Source: Bugula neritina
Taxonomy: Eukaryota; Animalia; Bryozoa
Reading direction: 5' to 3'
Length of the DNA stretch: 64,000 nt
Assembly (NCBI GenBank): GCA_964035545.1
Contig: OZ037770.1
Coordinates: forward strand, 10,298,973-10,362,972
Under the pieces are notes generated by a model. The model saw only the letters and a list, made by a program, of their open reading frames with translations, was not told where the DNA came from and did not search any database. Both the position numbers and the translations under genes were made by a program. Positions 62,490 through 64,000 of the stretch are shown in pieces. Within the stretch, counting starts at the first letter, position 1. Each line of letters opens with the position of its first letter.

Positions 62490-62681
62490 GCAGCTAGAGC
62501 CACGAGATAGAGCTTTAACGAAGGAAGACAACCCCGTGATTCCGCCAACGAGTGAGAAGGGTTGAAAGATGAGTCGCGCGCGTTTCCATAGCTTCTATAT
62601 CAATATTGTTGTTGTCACTGGTTGTTGTTGTTGTGGTGATGGTTAGTGATTCCCTAGACGCCATTACTAACTTCAGTATGC
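62490..62681 (+). promoter_or_regulatory. Putative promoter/first exon of a further copy beyond the window
   Basis: Closely similar to 19060-19229; GTATGC at 62676. Confidence 0.4.
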
Positions 62682-64000
62682 TGCTGAAATGTTAAAATAT
62701 TATTTGTCTTGAGATTGATCAATAACGTAAAGGTGCCCAAATCACACGCTTTAGTTTGTTTTTAGTTTAAACAAGGTAATTGTGAGATTACCAGCAGCAT
62801 TTCGACTAGGCAACTTAAATATATTACTATTAGTATTACAATTTACATTTAGTTTTATTGTTTAGTTTTACTTTCGTCCATGACCATTGTGATTGCTCAT
62901 ATGCTAATACTAGTTATAGTGAAATACTATTAACATTAGTAAATACTATTACTATTAGTATTAGTATTAGTAATAATATTACTTTTACTATTAGATTAGC
63001 ATTAATATTACTATTACTATCAGTATTAGTATATTAGTATAGAGGCTTTTCACAAGCCCTCTGGGGACATTTGTATTTTGAAGTTGTCTCCTCCCAGAAG
63101 GGCGAAGTGCAGTCTCCATGATATATAGAACAAGCACATAAAATCAGTAGAAATTTAAGGTTTGTGGGAAGACTATTGCTAGTACGAGTTTCATTTTTTC
63201 TGAGATTAATATTTTGGCATAAGCACACAGGTTAGCAGTTCCAGAAAAATTTTAAAAATTTTCTTTCTTCAAAAATCTTGAGAAAAATTAACTTCAAAGC
63301 ATGTTTGTGGTTTTGGTTACTGCACGAGCAAGCTGAATTGGCAACTATGAGATAAGTCCCATTAATCATTTTTTGTGCTGGCTGTCATATTTAATTTATA
63401 GCTGTTGACCTTTCAACTCTTTGGTCAGAATGTGCTGTTAACACAGTGTTAGAGCACTGCTACTCTGCTAGTGCACTAAATGAGACAGCAGATTAGCTGT
63501 GTTAGCATTTTCATTACACTTACACACTTATGCTATGAGAATAGCTAGACTTTAACCTCAACATCCATCATTTTCACAAAAAGCATTTTCACAAAGCTAT
63601 AGATATATATTAAATAGACAGATTAAATATGAAATGTGCTTTGATACATGTCGGTTAATTTTCTAATACAGGTTAAATGCACTATTGCAATTGTAACAAT
63701 TGCGCTCAAATAAATATATATCTAGATAATTTAATCGAAAACCCGAGATAACCTTTTAGCAGTTGGCATTCAGGCCCTTGTGTTACAGCTTTGTTATTTC
63801 TTAATTATGCCTGTGGCTTGTAGCATTTAGGAGCATGCAGTAGTGAAGAAATTGAGATAGCCCAAGTTCTTTAACTTTCTTTGCAAATGTTGGTGTTGCG
63901 TATAATACAACTTTTTTGCTACATTTCTAATCTAGAAAAAAGGCTTTTCTCAATTTCTCCATTAGTACTGCATCTACCTCGTGTGTAGTAGTCATCTCCG

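Overview
AT-rich, intron-containing metazoan (probably invertebrate) genomic DNA. The window holds a head-to-tail tandem array of five intact 8-coding-exon TRIM-type genes on the + strand (RING C3HC4, two B-boxes, coiled coil, C-terminal NHL-like beta-propeller; about 604-615 aa each). Conserved upstream sequence at the right edge suggests a sixth copy beyond the window. The RING exons and propeller strands are nearly identical between copies, while short loop segments of the propeller are hypervariable, largely by amino-acid-changing substitutions and patch-like replacements, and the copies are mosaics of each other. This is the pattern expected of a diversifying intracellular recognition (immune/restriction-factor-like) E3 ligase family; the function is inferred, not shown. 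A young 7.6-kb Ty3/Gypsy LTR retrotransposon (271-bp LTRs, 1 mismatch, tRNA-Leu PBS) lies between copies 2 and 3, probably inside the 5'-UTR intron of copy 3. It has a degenerate Gag zinc knuckle and an extra non-env ORF encoding C2H2 zinc fingers plus a basic/coiled-coil tail. Introns and spacers carry MITEs, SINE fragments, a copy-number-variable 51-bp repeat of the exon-6 splice donor, CCAAT/GC-box modules, an 8-bp satellite and fragments of an unrelated minus-strand gene. All gene models were built by eye from splice signals and paralog comparison; no database search was run.
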